Source: Promethearchaeia archaeon
GTDB taxonomy: Archaea; Asgardarchaeota; Lokiarchaeia; Sigyniarchaeales; SOKP01
DNA: 64,000 nucleotides
Direction: 5' to 3'
Assembly: GCA_029856145.1 (NCBI GenBank)
Contig: JAHQWK010000004.1
Span: forward strand, 96,001 to 160,000
Numbering within the stretch: the first letter of the stretch is position 1; the number at the start of each line of letters is the position of its first letter. Below the pieces are notes generated by a model. The model was given only the letters and a program-made list of their open reading frames with translations. It was not told the origin of the DNA and ran no database searches. The translations under genes and the position numbers were made by a program. Positions 30,691-40,699 of this stretch are shown here, piece by piece.

Positions 30691-32430
30691 GTGGGAAAAA
30701 TGTTTTCTCGTAAGCGCTATAAAATATCAGATCTCCGATATTCAATAAAAAATTTTAAACCAATTAATAATGAATCATCTATGAATGTCAAGCTTATTAC
30801 TGTTTATTGTGGTGTAAATAGTTCTGGGAAAAGCTCAATTATTCAAAGCTTATTACTAGTTTCTCAATCTATTTTTCGACAATATTTAAGTATAGGAGAA
30901 GAAAGAATAAAAATACCACAAATTTTTATATTTGAGGGAAATAAATGCCACCTACAGGATTATAAAAATATTATCTATGAAAATAATCTTCAAAACAAAT
31001 TAGAGTTTAAGTGGGATTTTAAACATAAAAATAAAAGAATTAGACTCGAAATAACATGTTGTTTTTTACCTCAGGAAACAAACATTTCAAGGGGTTTTCC
31101 TTTTGTTGAAAGTGTTGTAATAAGAGAAAATGAAAATGAAATAGAACAAATAATAAAATTTAACCTAATGAAAAAATTGGTTCCACTTTATGAGTTAAAT
31201 ACTTCAAATTTAAAGTTAAAGTTTGATAAATATGTTTCCGAAAAATTCTATTTTCCATATTTATTTTTGGAAGATCTCGAAAGTGAAGATGAAGAAGAAC
31301 AAAAATCTATTGAATTAGATATAATTAGTGAAAAACTTGTAAAATTATCAGATAACTATAGAAAAATAATTTATCACCTTGAAAAATTATTAGAGAATTT
31401 AACTCTAAAAAATGTTCGTATCGAATTTAGAAGTATCTTTCCAGTTTTTACTCATTTTCAAAAATCTCAAATTAATGAATTAATTAATAGTTCAAAATTT
31501 GATGAATTATGGAGTATTTTTGATGAAATACCTAAAGAGGAACAAATTGAAATCTCCAAATTTAAAAAAATCCTCATTGATATTATAAATAATCAACTAT
31601 CAAGATATTTAAATGACATTCTTCGTACGTGTGTGAGACCATTAGATTATCTTTACTCTCGAATTAGATATATTGGACCGTTAAGAGAGGAACCTAAAAG
31701 ATTCTATACTTTTTCTGATTTAAGATTATTAGATCTTGGATTAAAAGGGGAAAACACAACTCAAGTTTTAACAATTCAACGAGATATGAAAATTCCGTTT
31801 ATTAGAATTAAAGAAGAAAAAGATAAAATTAGTTTTATAGAAAGAAAAGCGGTATCATTGTTGTCTGGTTTAAACGAGTGGCTTGAAATTATGAATTTAC
31901 AGAAAATTATACCTACTCGATCAATGAAATTAATAACTAGAATGTTGGTTTTATATTCAAAAAATCAACCAAAAGATTCACCAACTTCTCTTCCTGATGT
32001 TGGTTTTGGATTGAGCCAAATCTTACCCGTATTGGTTGAGGGTTTAAGAATGATTTCTGGTGAATTTTTAATTCTAGAACAACCAGAAATTCATTTACAT
32101 CCTCGCTTGCAAGGAGATTTAGCTGACTTTATCCTTTGTAATGCCAAATTGGGAAAAAATTTTATGATTGAGACACATAGTGAACACTTTTTAAAGCGTT
32201 TATGTTTAAGAATAGCACAATTTAAGGAAGAAGATATTTCAAAACTGATAAGTATATATTTTGTTGTTCCCAATGTTAATAAGCTAGGGACCAAAGTTGT
32301 AGAGATAAAAATTGATGAATTTGGAAGAATTCTGAATTGGCCAAAAGGATTTTTAGATGGAAGTGAGGACGCTTTACTCTTAAGAGCAAGTATATTAAAA
32401 GAGAAAATTAAAAAAGAAAAAGCAAACTAA
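30691..32430 (+). CDS. ABC/AAA_15-21-type ATPase with DUF3696-like C-terminus
   Basis: GVNSSGKSS, YIGPLRE, DVGFGLSQILP, ILEQPEIHLHP..Q, IETHSEH, NWPKGFLD. Confidence 0.92.
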   Translation: MGKMFSRKRYKISDLRYSIKNFKPINNESSMNVKLITVYCGVNSSGKSSIIQSLLLVSQSIFRQYLSIGEERIKIPQIFIFEGNKCHLQDYKNIIYENNLQNKLEFKWDFKHKNKRIRLEITCCFLPQETNISRGFPFVESVVIRENENEIEQIIKFNLMKKLVPLYELNTSNLKLKFDKYVSEKFYFPYLFLEDLESEDEEEQKSIELDIISEKLVKLSDNYRKIIYHLEKLLENLTLKNVRIEFRSIFPVFTHFQKSQINELINSSKFDELWSIFDEIPKEEQIEISKFKKILIDIINNQLSRYLNDILRTCVRPLDYLYSRIRYIGPLREEPKRFYTFSDLRLLDLGLKGENTTQVLTIQRDMKIPFIRIKEEKDKISFIERKAVSLLSGLNEWLEIMNLQKIIPTRSMKLITRMLVLYSKNQPKDSPTSLPDVGFGLSQILPVLVEGLRMISGEFLILEQPEIHLHPRLQGDLADFILCNAKLGKNFMIETHSEHFLKRLCLRIAQFKEEDISKLISIYFVVPNVNKLGTKVVEIKIDEFGRILNWPKGFLDGSEDALLLRASILKEKIKKEKAN

Positions 32431-32431
32431 A

Positions 32432-33385
32432 ATGATTCCTGTTTATTACTTTATAGATCCAGCACTACTTGCCACCAAAAATATTACTGCTTACTTAACT
32501 GAGAATTCGATTTGGAAATTAACATCTTTTTATATTAATTTTAAAGAAATTGAAGATATTCTACTAGTCGATGGCGATATAAAGAAGATTTTTAATTTTC
32601 CAATAAAAAAAGATATCGTTGAAGATTGCTTAAATGAAGCTCCAAGTTGCGACCAAATGTTATCAAATGCATTTTGGAATACTTTCTTAATTATTTATAA
32701 TAAATATTTAAAATATTGTAATAAAGATTACATTGAAGATCCTAGTAATATCTATAATAATCCTAATATTTCTGAGAAAATAAAGATAAAGTTTGATAAA
32801 TTTTTAACAGGATGTATAAGAGGAAGAAATAATCTATGTGAATGTGAGAATATTCTCAATATTATACCAATTTATACATCAGAATATACTCATATTAAAG
32901 ATCTACAATATATTATTCCATTTACTAATCCAAATAAGGTTAAAAATCATTTTCCTTTAATGAATGTTTATCCTTCTAAAATTGATGACATTGAAAGCAA
33001 AGTGAGAAAATTTCAATTCATACTTGATTTAAACTGTATTAAAGAAGATTCTCATCCTTCTGAGAGAGAACTTGATCCTATAAATCGAAATTATAACTTC
33101 TTACCACAGTTCTGGGAAAGTGAATTATTGTATGATAATGATAAAGTAATTAAGAAAAAAATAATTGAAGTTATGACTAAATTGATAATGAATCCCGATA
33201 GGAATATTAATAGAATGCACAGATTAAAGAATGAATATATAATAATTGACGGAAGAAGAAAAAATCTTGATCAAATAGATATATTTCAGACTTATAATCA
33301 TAAAGGTGTGACTTTTTATCCTCGTTTGAGATTTCGTATCTTTAATGGCATAATTTATTTTAATGATATTATTGATAGTCATTAA
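32432..33385 (+). CDS. Hypothetical partner of the ATPase with putative C-terminal RelE/ParE-like domain
   Basis: Starts 1 nt after the ATPase stop; C-terminus YNFLPQFWES..KKKIIEVMTKL..HRL..PRLRFRI..IYFNDIIDSH. Confidence 0.6.
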   Translation: MIPVYYFIDPALLATKNITAYLTENSIWKLTSFYINFKEIEDILLVDGDIKKIFNFPIKKDIVEDCLNEAPSCDQMLSNAFWNTFLIIYNKYLKYCNKDYIEDPSNIYNNPNISEKIKIKFDKFLTGCIRGRNNLCECENILNIIPIYTSEYTHIKDLQYIIPFTNPNKVKNHFPLMNVYPSKIDDIESKVRKFQFILDLNCIKEDSHPSERELDPINRNYNFLPQFWESELLYDNDKVIKKKIIEVMTKLIMNPDRNINRMHRLKNEYIIIDGRRKNLDQIDIFQTYNHKGVTFYPRLRFRIFNGIIYFNDIIDSH

Positions 33386-33436
33386 TTAATTTTAAAGTAT
33401 TATTAATTCTAAAAAAAAAGAGTTAATGATTTTTTA

Positions 33437-34114
33437 TTATAACAAAGCAGTGAATAAAACCCCTAGAGTAATAAAGAGTTGAGCCATAATATAGGTAGTC
33501 ATAATGATTAGTCGTCCATTGGTTACCTCGGTATCCCATTTATTTACTGCTATTGTAGCATCAGAAAATATGAAAGAAATCGAACCAACGTAAACTAAAA
33601 TAAATGGTAATCCTTGAAATTCTGCTAATCTTAAAATTGCTACCACGTGCATTAAAAAAATCGCTACTAAGTATACCAACACAGGAATCTTCATATCCTC
33701 TGTTTTATTGATGAATCTTGGTACCATGAAAATCAACATTAAGATTGCTGGCCCTAATAAAAACAATCCCCACCTATCGAAATTCGTAATGTTAGATATA
33801 GATAAGAAGAATGATATAATATAAAAGATTTGGTTAACTAGGAAAGCAAGCATTCCAAATAAAAACCATTTTTCTTGATTCTTAAGCATTAAGAAAATAT
33901 CGCCAGCACAACCGCCTATTAATGCAACAACAATTAGCCAATCAACTCGAGCTATTGAAGCACCTTCGATTACCCCAAAAATATAAAACAAGATCAGCAA
34001 AGGCATCAAAAGTGGCTTAGTACAATATTCAAGTTTTTTATTGTCTTTATATTCACTAAACACTTCTACTATAACAATAATGAAGAATATAACTAAAAAG
34101 ATGTATTCAATCAT
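33437..34114 (-). CDS. YhhN/lysoplasmalogenase family membrane protein
   Basis: TKPLLMP, AGDIFL, F..GM.AFL, PVLVY, F.FSD..IA, IMTTY..AQ. Confidence 0.9.
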   Translation of the reverse strand: MIEYIFLVIFFIIVIVEVFSEYKDNKKLEYCTKPLLMPLLILFYIFGVIEGASIARVDWLIVVALIGGCAGDIFLMLKNQEKWFLFGMLAFLVNQIFYIISFFLSISNITNFDRWGLFLLGPAILMLIFMVPRFINKTEDMKIPVLVYLVAIFLMHVVAILRLAEFQGLPFILVYVGSISFIFSDATIAVNKWDTEVTNGRLIIMTTYIMAQLFITLGVLFTALL

Positions 34115-34270
34115 AGTTTTTCACTAAAGAGACGTGTAATGTAGTGATATTCTATTAATTAAAACAAGTTTATATAATTTTAGAATAAGCATTTACAGAT
34201 TTGTTATTTGTTTGAAATAAAGGAATTATTCAATATAAGATAAAGATAGATAGAGATTCTTATCAAAAGA

Positions 34271-34326
34271 TTTATATAGGAAAAAACAATATTTGTTCTA
34301 TATCGAACTATTCGATCTCGAACAAA
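34271..34326 (+). promoter_or_regulatory. TATA box plus downstream palindromic operator of the MarR-containing operon
   Basis: TTTATATA at 34271, then TTTGTTC-tat-ATCGAA-cta-TTCGAT-ctc-GAACAAA (34292-34326). Confidence 0.6.
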
Positions 34327-34528
34327 AAATCTTTTTAAAAAAGGAATTGAACATGGACACGATGTCTGTTTTTTTTGGAATTGATGAAATACAGCGTTTA
34401 AAATACTCATTACATAATAAAAAAGAGGAATCTAAAAAAACAGACGTTATTGAAATGTTAAATTCTAATTTATATAATGAGTGTGAAAAAAAATAAATAA
34501 AATTAAAACAGGATGGAAATTCCCATTA

Positions 34529-35062
34529 ATGCCTCTCCCAATAGCCTTATTAGGTGCTCATGTTAATGGTAAACCAAACTTCAAAACTGTTGTGTGGTTT
34601 AACATGATCCATGATGACCCACCCCTAATTGGCGTTGCAGTGTCAAAAAAGCACTACACTACCCCCGGCATTAAGGAAAATAAAACATTTAGCATCAATA
34701 TTCCGACTAGTGATATGTATGTTGTAACAGATTATTGTGGTCTTCATTCAGGTTCAGAAGTTGACAAATCTAAGGAGTTCGATCTATTTTATGGGGATCT
34801 AAAAACAGCTCCAATGATTTTGGAATGTAGTATAAACATCGAGTGTAAACTTGTAGACATTAAAGATTTCAAGAATACTGAATTACTTATAGGAGAGATC
34901 ATTGAAATTTATTCAGATGAAAAATACATTAAAGATAAAGAGCCAGATGTGAAGAATTTTGATTCATTTATATTTTTAATGCCAAGTGGGCCTTACCGGA
35001 AAATGGGGGACTATTTAGCTGAAGCTTATGAAGTAGGAACAAGTTATAAACCTAAAAATTAA
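34529..35062 (+). CDS. Flavin reductase-like (flavoredoxin) protein
   Basis: GKPN, PPLIGV, HYT..GI.ENKTFSINIP, DYCG..SG..VDK, APMI.EC. Confidence 0.9.
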   Translation: MPLPIALLGAHVNGKPNFKTVVWFNMIHDDPPLIGVAVSKKHYTTPGIKENKTFSINIPTSDMYVVTDYCGLHSGSEVDKSKEFDLFYGDLKTAPMILECSINIECKLVDIKDFKNTELLIGEIIEIYSDEKYIKDKEPDVKNFDSFIFLMPSGPYRKMGDYLAEAYEVGTSYKPKN

Positions 35063-35119
35063 AATATTTTTTTGAATTTAAAATTGAATTATACTAAAAA
35101 TAAAATGTGAAATAATAAG

Positions 35120-35458
35120 ATGGAGAAAATAATAGCTTATTGTGGAATTTGTTGCTCTGAATGTCCAGCATATATGGCAACACAAAAGGATGATCGTGAA
35201 GAAATCAAAAAAGTCGCAAAAGAATGGTCAAGTGAAGCAATGTCGTTTAACCCTGAGGATATTTATTGTGATGGATGTGTTTCAGAAGGAAAGCATTTTA
35301 GTTGGTGTAGTGAGTGTCCTATAAGGAGTTGTTGCCAAGAGAAGGGATTAGAAAATTGCGCTTACTGTGATGATTATTTCTGTGATAACTTAAAGATGAC
35401 TTTCGATAAGACTCCTTCAGCTAAGGAAAGATTAGACAAAATTAGGGAAAAAAGATAA
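35120..35458 (+). CDS. DUF3795 Cys-rich protein
   Basis: AYCGICCSECPAY, CDGC, CPIRSCC..KG.ENCAYC..Y.C. Confidence 0.9.
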   Translation: MEKIIAYCGICCSECPAYMATQKDDREEIKKVAKEWSSEAMSFNPEDIYCDGCVSEGKHFSWCSECPIRSCCQEKGLENCAYCDDYFCDNLKMTFDKTPSAKERLDKIREKR

Positions 35459-35493
35459 GAAAAAATAATACTAAATGTAGAGAGGTATTTAAA

Positions 35494-35961
35494 ATGGAAT
35501 TAGAAGAAGCAAAAAGATCAAGTTTAGAGTTAATGGAGACCGCTAAAGCAGCGTATTTAACAACTATTAACATTGATGGATATCCCATAACAAGAGCGAT
35601 GTTTAATCTAAGAAATAAGGAACAATTTCCAGAATTTTCTGAGATTTTCGCTGGTTTAGGCAATAAATTCGAGATATATATCTCAACAAACACATCATCA
35701 TCTAAAACTGATCATATTAAGAAGAATCCTAAAATTTCTGTATATTACTGCGACCCTGAAGATTTCAAGGGAGTCATGTTTGGAGGTGAAGTAGAAGTGA
35801 TTAATGATATGAATATAAAGAAGAAAATATGGTTAGATTGGTGGACAAAATATTACTTAAAAGGTCTAGAGGATCCAGACTACACTTTACTCCGATTAAA
35901 ACCAAAAATGGCACAATTTTATTATAGATTACAAAAGGTCCAATTTGAACCATGTGAATAA
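35494..35961 (+). CDS. Pyridoxamine 5'-phosphate oxidase-like / general stress protein 26 family
   Basis: LTTI..DGYP.TRAM, STNTSS.K..IKKNPK.SVY, DPDY.LL. Confidence 0.9.
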   Translation: MELEEAKRSSLELMETAKAAYLTTINIDGYPITRAMFNLRNKEQFPEFSEIFAGLGNKFEIYISTNTSSSKTDHIKKNPKISVYYCDPEDFKGVMFGGEVEVINDMNIKKKIWLDWWTKYYLKGLEDPDYTLLRLKPKMAQFYYRLQKVQFEPCE

Positions 35962-35963
35962 TA

Positions 35964-36416
35964 ATGGAAAAGTTGAGGGAAGGAGGTTTTTTAATAACAA
36001 AGGTTCGTCAGCTTTCACAACGAATTTTTGACAAATTGTTAAAAGAACATAAAATTGATGAAATTAGTGCTGCTCAAGGTAGAGTAATGTTCCCACTTTG
36101 GCGTCAAGACAATGTTTCCTTCCAAGATCTTAAAAAAGAGACGATGCTGAGTAAAGCGACTCTATCATATATGCTAGACAACCTTGAAGAAGCCGGACAT
36201 ATAAAGCGAATACGTTCTGAAGATGATAAGCGAACTATATTTATAAAATTAACAAAAAGAAATAAAGAACTACAGGATAAATATCTTCAGGTATCGAATG
36301 AAATGAAAGATTTATATTATAAAGGGTTTTCAGAAAAGGAAATTGATGAGTTTGAAAGCTATTTAAGGCTACTTTTAGATAATCTTACAGACTATGGTGA
36401 AAAAAATAAGAAATAA
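35964..36416 (+). CDS. MarR family transcriptional regulator
   Basis: AQGRVM..LW, KATLS.ML..LE..G.I.R.RSEDDKR. Confidence 0.93.
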   Translation: MEKLREGGFLITKVRQLSQRIFDKLLKEHKIDEISAAQGRVMFPLWRQDNVSFQDLKKETMLSKATLSYMLDNLEEAGHIKRIRSEDDKRTIFIKLTKRNKELQDKYLQVSNEMKDLYYKGFSEKEIDEFESYLRLLLDNLTDYGEKNKK

Positions 36417-36482
36417 AAAATCTAATTTAGTAATTTCTTTTTATTATTTTTACATTTTTTTTTTCAAAAAAAGAGAGTTTTC

Positions 36483-37376
36483 TTAATCATCACTATCTTT
36501 AACGCTTTTTGGTAGATGAATTTTTATTTTAGGAATAAGAATTTTTGGAACTTGAATTTTTGGCATTGTTATCTGAAAACTAGCATTTTCATTATCAACA
36601 GATTTTTGAAGTTTATCTTCTCTGACATTTGTAATCTTTGTCTCTTCTATTAACAGAGAATCGTTCTCTTCTTTAAGATCTAATTCTTCTACTTCAATTT
36701 CATCAGCTAATTCAATCAATGCTTCTTTATCATTATTTTCTTCGAGAAATTTGGATAATTGTTGGTTTTTTTCATATAATAATCCTTTATAAATCTTTAA
36801 ATGATTTTTATGGATCAAAAAATCTCTAAAATTCTCAGATTTAAAAATCCAACCAGTTTGAGTATCATATAACATTCCAGTGATTTCTATATCCGGAAAG
36901 ATAGCTTTAATTTTATGTAAATTATTAATCTGCTCTATTATATTACGGATTTCATTATCAAAAGGTTTAAAAAAATTTCTTAATTCTAAAAGAAGATCTG
37001 AATAATTTCTTGATAATCTTTTAAGAAATTCATTAGGAAGTTCTTCTCTTAACTTTTTTAGATTCATCTTCGTCATATCACATTCTAAGTGTCCTAAAAC
37101 AACAATGTATTTAATTTTATATTTATGAATTGCAATTAAAATAGATCTCATCATGTCTAGAGTGTATACATTTCCAGCATTTCTTAAGATGAATACATCT
37201 CCAGGATCAAGTTGGAATATTCGACGGACATCTATCCTTGGGTCCATGCAAGTAAGAAATAGTATAGGATATTTAGGAATTTTTTTTTCAAATGAATATT
37301 TTTCTGGATTTTGAATAATTTTGCTTTGAAACTGGAAGTTTCCTTCAATCAACAATTTTTCAATATCTTTTAACAT
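36483..37376 (-). CDS. Beta-class carbonic anhydrase with C-terminal extension
   Basis: CMDPR, RNAGN, GHLEC zinc ligands. Confidence 0.9.
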   Translation of the reverse strand: MLKDIEKLLIEGNFQFQSKIIQNPEKYSFEKKIPKYPILFLTCMDPRIDVRRIFQLDPGDVFILRNAGNVYTLDMMRSILIAIHKYKIKYIVVLGHLECDMTKMNLKKLREELPNEFLKRLSRNYSDLLLELRNFFKPFDNEIRNIIEQINNLHKIKAIFPDIEITGMLYDTQTGWIFKSENFRDFLIHKNHLKIYKGLLYEKNQQLSKFLEENNDKEALIELADEIEVEELDLKEENDSLLIEETKITNVREDKLQKSVDNENASFQITMPKIQVPKILIPKIKIHLPKSVKDSDD

Positions 37377-37464
37377 TTAAACACACCCATTTTATATCTT
37401 CAATTGGAGCAAACTCCAATTTAATTTGTAACTTTAATATTTGAAAAAAAAAAAAAAATTGAAA

Positions 37465-38634
37465 TTATTTCTTTACTAAAATTTCTTTTATTTTTTTTGC
37501 TCCTCCATTGTTAAAAAAATCCTTGATTTTATCTGAATACTCCGGTAGTAGTTGCAGGAATGGCATTATTGCTCTTGAGAGTGAACTGAATGCTTCATTT
37601 CCATCTCCCATAATAAACATTTTGTCCGGACTAAGATGCTTAAATATCTCTGGAAGTATATTAGTTAATTGAACTGCTAAGAATCTTTCATCAGCACTAC
37701 CCATTGCTTCTACTTGCTTCTTAAAACCTTCAGCTTGAGCAAGCATTTGCTGTTTGATATTTTCAGCTTCACCTTCCGCTTGGGCTATTAATTTCCGCTT
37801 AATTTGTTGAGCATCAGCGTCAGCTTCAATAATCTTTTTCTGTCTATCGCCATCCGCTTCAATTTTTTTACGTTCTCTCTCTTGTTCTGCTATAGCAATT
37901 TCTTTATCTTTTCTTCGTAGCTCTATTTCTCTTTCTACGAATTGTTCTTGCGTACCAATCTCATTCTTCACTTCTAATTCTCTTGTTTTTGATTCTCTTT
38001 CAGCCTCCGCTTTAGCAATTCTAGCTTTTCTAAATTCTTCTGCTTGTTTAGTCGCTTCCATATTTTTCTTTAGCTCCGGTTCTACAATAATTACTTCTAT
38101 AATTTCTAAAGACTCGATGACTATTCCCCAATCCGCTGTCAATTCATGTAAATCTTTCTCAATATGATCAATTATCTCTCTCCTTTCTCGAATAATTTTT
38201 TCCAATGGCATATTAGCACAAGTTGTTCGGATAATTGCTTCTGCTGCGCCTTTTAATATTTTTTCAACATAGTTTTCATCTCTCATATTCCACGAAACCG
38301 CACTAAAAGCTTTTTCTGGATCAATAACTTTCCAAATCAATAACCCTTCAATTTCAATGTTTTGGTACTCACTTGATACTACTTGTTCATGTGCTTCTAC
38401 TAATGTTTGAATACTAGTCGTTGGGATTACAATGTATTCATCAATTAAAGGAAGCAAAAACAAACTTCCGCCTAACCCTGAATGTTTGACTTTCCCATTT
38501 CGTAAGTGTATAACAAATTGGTTTGTTTTGAATTTTCTATAACGAGCGGCAAGAAATATTACGAATAGGAAAATAATAATACCTATAGTAACTCCAAGTC
38601 CTACAAACCAAGGATTTAATTCTTGAAATATCAC
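37465..38634 (-). CDS. Flotillin/SPFH (band 7) domain protein
   Basis: N-terminal TM, SPFH core, AEA-rich coiled coil. Confidence 0.92.
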   Translation of the reverse strand: MIFQELNPWFVGLGVTIGIIIFLFVIFLAARYRKFKTNQFVIHLRNGKVKHSGLGGSLFLLPLIDEYIVIPTTSIQTLVEAHEQVVSSEYQNIEIEGLLIWKVIDPEKAFSAVSWNMRDENYVEKILKGAAEAIIRTTCANMPLEKIIRERREIIDHIEKDLHELTADWGIVIESLEIIEVIIVEPELKKNMEATKQAEEFRKARIAKAEAERESKTRELEVKNEIGTQEQFVEREIELRRKDKEIAIAEQERERKKIEADGDRQKKIIEADADAQQIKRKLIAQAEGEAENIKQQMLAQAEGFKKQVEAMGSADERFLAVQLTNILPEIFKHLSPDKMFIMGDGNEAFSSLSRAIMPFLQLLPEYSDKIKDFFNNGGAKKIKEILVKK

Positions 38635-38743
38635 TTTTTTTATCTAAACCTCCTTTTCTTATTTTTAATAAATTATTTCTTTCCAATTTTTAGTAGATTT
38701 TTCAAATGAAAAAATAAAATTTATGTTAATCTTATACTTACCC

Positions 38744-38971
38744 TCATGAATTTTGTATAAATACAACTATAACCACAGGAAACACCATAAATAGAAGTAT
38801 TAATGAAAGACAAACCAAAAAAATGAGCATTAATCTATATTTACGTTTAATTCTTCCAAAGAATCTTTTTTGATCTTGCTCAATCTCTCCTATTTCTAAG
38901 GTTGATTTATCATTTTCTTTTGGATCTTTAGACTTTATAATCTTTTCATCAATTTCTTCTTTACCACTCAT
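38744..38971 (-). CDS. Small C-terminally anchored membrane protein
   Basis: Lies within the NfeD-flotillin operon; C-terminal hydrophobic helix. Confidence 0.6.
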   Translation of the reverse strand: MSGKEEIDEKIIKSKDPKENDKSTLEIGEIEQDQKRFFGRIKRKYRLMLIFLVCLSLILLFMVFPVVIVVFIQNS

Positions 38972-38978
38972 ATTTTTT

Positions 38979-39833
38979 CTAGCTCCTTCTTTTTACTGAT
39001 TTTTTTTTATTATCAACTAACAAAACACCATTTTTTACATTACAGATATACACTTTATCACCTCTCTCGAATTGAGATGTCTCAAAGATAGGTTTAACAT
39101 GTATTCTTTCAAATCTCATAGGCGTTGATGAGGGTATTTTAATAACTCCTCCTCTATCATCAACATCTAATACTACTTCCCCTTGAATCCCAATCAAATT
39201 TTGCGTAGAAGAAATTCTGTAAAATCTAGATTTTGCTATAATTTTCCAGGCGAAATTAATAAATTTTGTAGTTAAATATGCTGCAGAAGGAGCAATAAAA
39301 AGTATAATAAATCGCAAAGTACCTACAATGAGTTGAAATAATAATAATCCTGAAATCCCAAAAATTAAAAAGGCGGAGGAGAATAGAAGCATGATTGGAG
39401 CAGGAGTGATTGTGGAAATTAGATCTATATCAACATCAGTATCTACATCTACATCAATATCAACATCAGCATCTACATCTACATCAATATCAACATCAGC
39501 ATCTACATCAATATCAACATCAGTATCTACATCTATATCAACATCAGAATCTACATCTATATCAACATCAGCATCTAGTTCTCCAGCTGCAGTAATGTTT
39601 GATTCCATTTGAGCTAGGAATGTTGATATTATTGATAATAATAACCCTCCAATAAATAACCCTAAACAAACGCTAAAAAAGATATCATAAAACTGATTGA
39701 AAGATAATCCTATAAATGAAAATATTAATCCTAAGAAAATAATTAAGAAAATGGCTATATTATCTTTTTTTTTCCATTGAATCTTATATAATTTATTTAT
39801 CGCCCTTATTTTCCTCATGATTGAATTAATCAA
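38979..39833 (-). CDS. NfeD/YuaF-like flotillin partner with Asp-rich repeat
   Basis: TM helices, (D-x)n tract, C-terminal OB fold LIG..GEV...G.I...FERGDKV.I. Confidence 0.85.
   Translation of the reverse strand: MINSIMRKIRAINKLYKIQWKKKDNIAIFLIIFLGLIFSFIGLSFNQFYDIFFSVCLGLFIGGLLLSIISTFLAQMESNITAAGELDADVDIDVDSDVDIDVDTDVDIDVDADVDIDVDVDADVDIDVDVDTDVDIDLISTITPAPIMLLFSSAFLIFGISGLLLFQLIVGTLRFIILFIAPSAAYLTTKFINFAWKIIAKSRFYRISSTQNLIGIQGEVVLDVDDRGGVIKIPSSTPMRFERIHVKPIFETSQFERGDKVYICNVKNGVLLVDNKKKSVKRRS
39425..39580 (-). repeat. Tandem repeats encoding DxDVDI (Asp-alternating tract)
   Basis: Repeated acatcaatatcaacatcagcatct-like units. Confidence 0.85.
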
Positions 39834-39877
39834 TCCTCTCTTCCCTAGTTAAATTAACTTGAAAAAAAAATGTAATA

Positions 39878-40354
39878 TTATAGTTTTATTCCACACATAT
39901 GGCAAAAAACCGCATCCCTATCGATTTTTGAACCACAATATCTACAATAATTAATATCTGTAATTATAGGTATTTCTCGTTTAAGCTCTTTATTTATTGG
40001 TTCTTCTGGTTGCTTTGGAATTGAATCTCGGATTATATAAGGATTTGATTGTAAGGTTTGCCTTTGAGGTTGATATTGATATGATTTCATATATTCTTCT
40101 TTAGGTTTTTTCTTGTAAGCCGTACTCATAGATGCTGCAATAACACCAATCACTACAATAATTATTAAAAAAACACCGAAACCACTAATCATTACAAATA
40201 TCGGTGGTGTCAATCCATCAAAGCGATTAAAAAATACGAAAAACAGTAATCCAAATACAAATAACATTATTACAGCTGCAAATATTGCCCCAGCTGGTCT
40301 ATTTCTATAACCCCTATTCCGCCTATTTGGAACAACAATAGGAACCCAAGCCAA
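39878..40354 (-). CDS. Two-TM protein with C-terminal zinc ribbon
   Basis: YCRYCG..FCHMCG. Confidence 0.8.
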   Translation of the reverse strand: MAWVPIVVPNRRNRGYRNRPAGAIFAAVIMLFVFGLLFFVFFNRFDGLTPPIFVMISGFGVFLIIIVVIGVIAASMSTAYKKKPKEEYMKSYQYQPQRQTLQSNPYIIRDSIPKQPEEPINKELKREIPIITDINYCRYCGSKIDRDAVFCHMCGIKL

Positions 40355-40374
40355 TTTTTTTTAACACACCTTAT

Positions 40375-40411
40375 TATATTTATTTATATTTATTTATATT
40401 TATTTATATTT
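40375..40411. repeat. 10-bp tandem repeat (TATTTATATT), about 3.5 copies, in a divergent promoter region
   Basis: Seen directly in sequence. Confidence 0.7.
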
Positions 40412-40699
40412 CCAATATTTATGTATATACCTATATATTTAAATGTTATGGTATTATTCAAATTTTATCTAAAAAACAGGAAACCTTTAAATCTGTGTAT
40501 TGAGATATATATATTAATATATATAAATAAATAGAAGATTAAAAATAAATAAGTATTTTTGAAGTATATAATTCTATATATACATTATAACTATCTAAAA
40601 AGCCTGTTATTCTTTTTCATGAATAAAATTAAACTTTATTAATATAAAGATATATATTCAAATTGATGCGCTATAAAAAATTAGCTAAGAATAAAGGAG

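Noticed and set aside
22400-33400. Integrated mobile element at the tRNA locus
   Set aside because: No integrase or transposase, and I saw no duplicated tRNA 3' end (att site); only compositional hints.
34293-34496. 67-aa ORF before the flavin reductase
   Set aside because: The TTG start lies inside the operator palindrome; no motif. A shorter ORF from ATG 34352 is possible but unsupported.
39391-39612. Ser/Thr-rich and His/Gln-rich ORFs
   Set aside because: Antisense readings of the Asp-repeat tract in the NfeD-like gene.
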